Positions 28,576 to 32,747 of a DNA stretch of 32,747 bases are shown piece by piece. The notes below the pieces were generated by a model, which had not been told where the DNA came from, made no database searches, and saw nothing but the letters and a program-made list of their open reading frames with translations. The stretch spans positions 1-32,747 of the forward strand of contig JAFDDB010000025.1 in NCBI GenBank assembly GCA_019311115.1. Direction: 5' to 3'. The translations under genes were made by a program, and so were the position numbers. This stretch comes from Deltaproteobacteria bacterium (lineage in GTDB: Bacteria; Myxococcota_A; UBA9160; SZUA-336). Within the stretch, counting starts at the first letter, position 1, and each line of letters starts with the position of its first letter.

Positions 28576-30090
28576 TCAGGGCAGCGATCCCCAGAAGCGG
28601 CGCGCCGTCTCGAAGGCGCCCTCGCGCACCTTCGGGCGGCGGGTCAGGAACATCGTCGCCTGGGTTCCGCCGTCGAACGCGGGCCACGAAGGCAGCGATG
28701 GGTGCGAGGGGTCGCCGGAGCGCGCGAACATGACCCAGGCATCCTGCATCGCCTCGGACAGGCGGCGCGCACCGCCGAGCGTACCGAGCGTGGGCCGCAG
28801 CAGCGGGTCGAGCAGCGTCCCGAACACGAAGGGAATCTCCAGGCCGTGGCACGCGCCCACGCGGCCGGGCAGCAGTGGGGGTCTCCACCCGAAGAGGTAC
28901 GAGTAGGTGCGCGCGCTGTGCTCTACCTGCGCCTCCGCCAGCCGCAACGCCGGGTAGCGGAAGATGCGGTCCGTCATGAACGCGGCCCAGCGGTCGCGCG
29001 GCGCCTTGCTGCGGCCGGCGCTGCGGTACGCGTCGAAGGCCAGGCCGGCGAGCGGCGCGCCGCGCTCGTCCACGCCCGGCAGCGCGCGCTCGAAGCGCCT
29101 CTTGAGCCCGTCCTCGTCCAGGCGCCGCACGTCCGCGAACCCGAACAGGTTCCACTCGTCGCGGTTCGTGCCCACCAGCAGCGGGATGTCGCGCGACAGC
29201 CCCTTGGCGATCGCCTCGAGGGGCGGCCCGGGCAGCAGGTCGCCGTCGACACTCGGCTGCCAGGGCATGCCGCCGCTGCGCAGCCCGAGGCTGATCGTGG
29301 TCTCGCGCTGCGCGTCGAGAAGCTTTTCCATGTCGACCTTCTCGAGCGCGCCGCGGTCGGACCCGCGGATGCCGAGGCGCTCCAGGAAGCTCTCGGCCAC
29401 CTGCGCCGCGCGCTCGGGCGACGACACGTTGTGGGCGGCGCCGCTCTGCGCGATGGCGCGGTGGAAGAGCCCCCTCGCCGCCGGCGTTCCGAGCAGGGTG
29501 CCCACGCTCATGCCACCCGCCGACTCGCCAAAGATCGTGACGTTGTCGGGGTCGCCGCCGAAGGCGTCGATGTTGTCGCGCACCCACTCGAGCGCCGCGA
29601 TCTGGTCGCGGACGCCCACGTTCGCGGTCCAGCCGCGGTCGATCGAGGTCAGGTCGAGGTAGCCGAGCGCTCCGAGCCGGTAGTTGATCGTGACGACGAC
29701 CACGTCGCCGCGTTGCGACAGGCGCCGGCCCGAGTACAAGCGCGTCGAGCCCTGTCCCATCACGAACGCGCCCCCGTGGATCCAGACCAGGACCGGCCGG
29801 TGCCGGCCATCAACGGCCGGCGTCCAGACGTCGAGGGCCAGGCAGTCGGGGCCGTGCTCGCCGCCGAGCACGCCGATCATCCCGCGGACCGGCAGCTGGA
29901 CCGGCGGGCGCTGCGGGCAGGCGAGCGAAGAGTGGGCGGCCTCGCGGACGCCCTGCCAGGGCGCTACGGGCTCGGGCGGGGCGAAGCGGCGTCCCCCCTC
30001 GAGCGAGCGGGCGTAGCGGATGCCCTTGAAGACGAGTCCCCGGCGGCCGCGGACACCGCGCAGCTTTCCGGCGCGCGTGCTGACGATCAT
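28576..30090 (-). CDS. carboxylesterase type B (para-nitrobenzyl esterase-like)
   Basis: GESAGG nucleophile elbow, HGGAF oxyanion region and a ~500-aa length. I chose the ATG at 30090 ([10 protein letters not shown]), which overlaps the upstream stop (ATGA). No signal peptide. Confidence 0.85.
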   Translation of the reverse strand: MIVSTRAGKLRGVRGRRGLVFKGIRYARSLEGGRRFAPPEPVAPWQGVREAAHSSLACPQRPPVQLPVRGMIGVLGGEHGPDCLALDVWTPAVDGRHRPVLVWIHGGAFVMGQGSTRLYSGRRLSQRGDVVVVTINYRLGALGYLDLTSIDRGWTANVGVRDQIAALEWVRDNIDAFGGDPDNVTIFGESAGGMSVGTLLGTPAARGLFHRAIAQSGAAHNVSSPERAAQVAESFLERLGIRGSDRGALEKVDMEKLLDAQRETTISLGLRSGGMPWQPSVDGDLLPGPPLEAIAKGLSRDIPLLVGTNRDEWNLFGFADVRRLDEDGLKRRFERALPGVDERGAPLAGLAFDAYRSAGRSKAPRDRWAAFMTDRIFRYPALRLAEAQVEHSARTYSYLFGWRPPLLPGRVGACHGLEIPFVFGTLLDPLLRPTLGTLGGARRLSEAMQDAWVMFARSGDPSHPSLPSWPAFDGGTQATMFLTRRPKVREGAFETARRFWGSLP

Positions 30091-31067
30091 CGCACGAGGT
30101 TGCCGAGTGGCTGGCCTCTCTGCCACGCCTCGAGGTTTCGCAGGAAGTACGGGGCCTCGCGCGCGCGCATTCCGGTCGAAGCGGCGGAGTTGTGAGGGGT
30201 GACGATCACGCGGTCGAGGCGCCAGAGGGGCGAGTCCTCGGGCAGCGGCTCGCTGGCGAAGACGTCGAGATAGGCGCCACCGATGCGTCCTGCGGCGAGG
30301 CCCTCGATCAGGGCCGGCTCGTCGATCACCTCGCCGCGGGCCACGTTCAGCACGCAGGCGCCCGGTGGCAGCAGGGCGAGAGCGTCGCGGCTCACGATTC
30401 CGCGGGTCTCGTCGGAGAGCGGGCAGGCGATGGCCAGGAAGTCGGCCCGCGGCAGGACCTGCGCCAACTCCCCGGGCGTGACCAGTTCGTCCACGGGGTC
30501 GGCGGGGCCCCCCGGACTGCGCCGGACACCGATCGTGTGCAGCCCGAGCGCGCGGCCCAGCCGCGCGATCTCGCTACCGATCGCGCCCAGCCCCAGCACG
30601 ACCAGCGTCTGCTCCTCGAGCGCGCGCGGCGCGGACGGCTGCGGCTCCCACGAGCGCCGCGCCTGCGCGTCGAGCCAGTGCGGAAAGCCCCGCGCCAGCA
30701 TCAGCAGACCCGTCACCAGCGTCTGCGCGATCGGCCGCGCGTTCGCTCCGGCGGAGTTCGTGAGCACGACGCCGCGGTCGAGCAGCGAACGGAAGACCGG
30801 GTGGTCGAGCCCCACGTTGAACGTGTGCATCCAGCGCAGACCCTCGGCGCGGTACACGGCCGAGAAGAACGAGCGCGAGTGGTCGGGAAAGACGTCGCCC
30901 GAGAAGTGCGCGGCCTCGACGCGCGCCGCGTCGGCGTCGCGCAGCCGCTCGTCGGGGTCCTTCGGAAGTGCGATCACCTCGATGGGCTCGCCCGTCTCGC
31001 GGGCGATGCGCGCGACGTCCGCGCCGTGGCGGTCGAGGAACTGCGTCGAGGCGAGGAGCCGCGTCAA
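30087..31067 (-). CDS. D-isomer-specific 2-hydroxyacid dehydrogenase family protein
   Basis: NAD-binding [19 protein letters not shown], catalytic-region ARG...D and TPHNSA. I chose the TTG at 31067 ([11 protein letters not shown]), which overlaps the PQQ-dehydrogenase stop (TTGA). M1 of the track ORF would overlap the upstream gene by 70 nt. Confidence 0.75.
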   Translation of the reverse strand: MTRLLASTQFLDRHGADVARIARETGEPIEVIALPKDPDERLRDADAARVEAAHFSGDVFPDHSRSFFSAVYRAEGLRWMHTFNVGLDHPVFRSLLDRGVVLTNSAGANARPIAQTLVTGLLMLARGFPHWLDAQARRSWEPQPSAPRALEEQTLVVLGLGAIGSEIARLGRALGLHTIGVRRSPGGPADPVDELVTPGELAQVLPRADFLAIACPLSDETRGIVSRDALALLPPGACVLNVARGEVIDEPALIEGLAAGRIGGAYLDVFASEPLPEDSPLWRLDRVIVTPHNSAASTGMRAREAPYFLRNLEAWQRGQPLGNLVR

Positions 31068-32747
31068 AGAGTGGTCTCCGCCTGGTGCCGCACGTAGGCC
31101 TGGATCTCGTCCACCTGCGCTTCGCTCAGCCACTGCGAGAAGCTCGGCATGCCCTTCCCGGCGAAGATCCCCTTGAGCACGATGTCCTTGAACGCGCCCT
31201 GGACCTCGGGGCTGGACTTGCGCAGGTCGGCGAGCACACCGCCGCCGACGGCGCTTCCACCGTGACAGCGCGCGCAGTACGCATGGAAGAGGCGCTGGGC
31301 GTCGTTCAGTCCTCCCGTCTGGGTGAGCAACTCCTCGATCTCTTCCGCCGACGGGAACGGCGGCGCGAGTGCGAACGTGAGCACGCGACCGTCCGTCTGG
31401 ACACCGGCCGCCGCGGCCGCGTCACCCGCCGCCAGCGCGAAGGCGCCACCCCAGCCCGCGACGACCGTCACGTACTGCACGCCGTCGATCTCGTAGGTGA
31501 TCGGCGCGGCGATGACGCCCGTGCCCGCGTGGGCTTCCCACAGCTTCTCGCCGTCGTTCGCGCGGTAGGCGACGAAGCGGCCGTCGGCCGTGCCCTGGAA
31601 GACCAGGTTCCCCGCCGTCGCGACGGTTCCGCCGTTCCAGGGCAGCCCGTACTGGTGCCGCCACACTTCCTTCTGGGCCACCGGGTCCCAGGCCAGCAGG
31701 TGACCGGAGACGGCCTCGCGCGTGGAGAGTGCGAAGACGTTCATGTCGGTGCCGGTGTTGAACTCGCCGGGACGGTGCACGAAGTCGTCGTCCAGGCGGT
31801 AGGCGCCCTGGATCTCCTGCGCCGGGATGTACACGAGGCCCGTCTCGGGGCTGTACGACATGGGCTGCCAGTTGTGGCCGCCGAACGCGGTCGGCCGCAC
31901 CAGTGCGAGCGCGTCCTTGTAGTCCTGGCCCGGGACCTCCTGCGGGCGGCCGGTCTCGGGGTCGACGTGCGAGGCCCAGGTCACGGTCACGTATTTCTCG
32001 GCCGAGATGAACTCGCCGGTCTCGCGGTCGAGCACGTAGAAGAAGCCGTTCTTCGGCGCCTGCATGATGACGCGCCGCGGCTGCCCGTCGATCTCCAGCT
32101 CGGCCAGCACCATGTGCTGCGTCGCCGTGAAGTCCCAGTTGTCGCCTGGCGTGGTCTGGTAGTGCCAGACCAGCTCGCCGGTGTCGGGGTCGAGCGCCAG
32201 GATCGAGGACAGGTACAGGTTGTCGCCGCCCCCCGGACTGCGGATGTGCCGGGTCCACGGCGACCCGTTCCCCGTGCCGACGTAGAGCAGGTCGAGCTCG
32301 GGGTCGTAGGCCATCGAGTCCCAGGCCGTCCCGCCGCCGCCGATCTTCCACCACTCGCCGCCCTTCCAGGTCTCGGCCGCGGCCGCCAGCGCCGGCGACT
32401 CGAAGGGCTTCGACGGATCGCCCGGCACCGTGTACGTGCGCCAGACCAGCTCGCCGTCGTCGGCATCGTAGGCCGAGACGTAGCCGCGTACGCCGAACTC
32501 GGCTCCGCCGTTTCCGATGATCACGCGTCCCTTCACCACGCGCGGCGCGCCGGTGATCGAGTACGACTGCGTCTGGTCGACCGTGACCTTCTGCCAGACC
32601 AGCTTGCCGGTCTCCGCGTCGAGCGCCGCCAGCCGCCCGTCGAACACTCCGACGTAGACGCGCCCGCGGTAGACCGCGACTCCGCGGTTCACCACGTCGC
32701 AGCAGGCCTTCTTGGCGTACTCGCGGGGGACGTTCGGGTCCCACTTC
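31064..32747 (-). CDS. PQQ-dependent alcohol dehydrogenase, quinohemoprotein (type II) with C-terminal cytochrome c domain; 5'-truncated by the window edge
   Basis: Eight-bladed PQQ propeller W-motifs (e.g. [17 protein letters not shown]), vicinal Cys (AKKACCD) near the edge, and a C-terminal CARCHG (CxxCH) haem site. The reading frame is open through base 32746 beyond the GTG at 32695. The alt-frame ORF 31422..32744 is spurious. Confidence 0.85.
   Translation of the reverse strand, partial: KWDPNVPREYAKKACCDVVNRGVAVYRGRVYVGVFDGRLAALDAETGKLVWQKVTVDQTQSYSITGAPRVVKGRVIIGNGGAEFGVRGYVSAYDADDGELVWRTYTVPGDPSKPFESPALAAAAETWKGGEWWKIGGGGTAWDSMAYDPELDLLYVGTGNGSPWTRHIRSPGGGDNLYLSSILALDPDTGELVWHYQTTPGDNWDFTATQHMVLAELEIDGQPRRVIMQAPKNGFFYVLDRETGEFISAEKYVTVTWASHVDPETGRPQEVPGQDYKDALALVRPTAFGGHNWQPMSYSPETGLVYIPAQEIQGAYRLDDDFVHRPGEFNTGTDMNVFALSTREAVSGHLLAWDPVAQKEVWRHQYGLPWNGGTVATAGNLVFQGTADGRFVAYRANDGEKLWEAHAGTGVIAAPITYEIDGVQYVTVVAGWGGAFALAAGDAAAAAGVQTDGRVLTFALAPPFPSAEEIEELLTQTGGLNDAQRLFHAYCARCHGGSAVGGGVLADLRKSSPEVQGAFKDIVLKGIFAGKGMPSFSQWLSEAQVDEIQAYVRHQAETTL

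Noticed and set aside
27359-30195. 515-aa and 545-aa + ORFs plus minus alt-frame ORF 28529..29587, overlapping the WS/DGAT and esterase genes.
   Set aside because: GC-driven open frames. The sense genes contain HHxxxDG and GESAGG catalytic motifs.
31422-32744. 440-aa minus ORF in an alternate frame of the PQQ dehydrogenase gene.
   Set aside because: Arg/Gly-rich, with no propeller repeats. The 31064..32747 frame has the PQQ W-motifs and CxxCH.

Overview
This is a GC-rich bacterial chromosomal window (roughly 70% GC). Coding density is very high, GTG and TTG starts are frequent, and adjacent genes often share four bases across the stop/start junction (GTGA, ATGA or TTGA). The proteins are typical of a Gram-negative organism, possibly myxobacterial or deltaproteobacterial (inference). 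I found no rRNA or tRNA genes, no CRISPR array and no insertion sequence, integrase or transposase. Nearly all long antisense and alternate-frame ORFs in the track are GC-driven artefacts; they are Arg/Pro/Gly-rich and have no recognisable motifs.

Gene content in order:
- (-) Partial c-type cytochrome lipoprotein (CxxCH) running off the left edge. It is absent from the ORF track.
- (-) rdgB, rph and an AmiC-like N-acetylmuramoyl-L-alanine amidase.
- (-) A DEDDh 3'-5' exonuclease.
- (-) A polytopic membrane protein with a C-terminal DCC1-like thiol-disulfide oxidoreductase domain.
- (+) ACT-domain malic enzyme, translationally coupled to a secreted vWA/coiled-coil protein.
- (-) Three-gene unit: transglutaminase-like Cys-peptidase lipoprotein, an unknown 302-aa protein, and a YkgJ-type CxxCxxCC protein.
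- (-) Seven-gene operon: short YtrA-like GntR regulator, membrane-anchored SPFH/band-7 protein, LolA-like protein, two FtsX permeases, ABC ATPase and an outer-membrane beta-barrel. It is preceded by an AT-rich perfect inverted repeat that is a likely operator.
- (+) Type-2 (eukaryote-like) ileS, a small K+-channel-like protein and an enoyl-CoA hydratase.
- (-) Tightly coupled five-gene cluster: NUDIX hydrolase, Gfo/Idh/MocA oxidoreductase, radical-SAM enzyme, GT9 heptosyltransferase and a stand-alone HldE-domain-II heptose-1-P adenylyltransferase.
- (+) Beta-lactamase-fold serine hydrolase.
- (-) Lipid/alcohol cluster: 5'-truncated PQQ quinohemoprotein dehydrogenase, D-2-hydroxyacid dehydrogenase, type-B carboxylesterase and WS/DGAT wax-ester synthase.

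The most promising candidates for an undescribed system are the radical-SAM nucleotide-sugar cluster and the YtrA-regulated seven-gene envelope transporter. Coordinates could be off by ±1 base at a few junctions.
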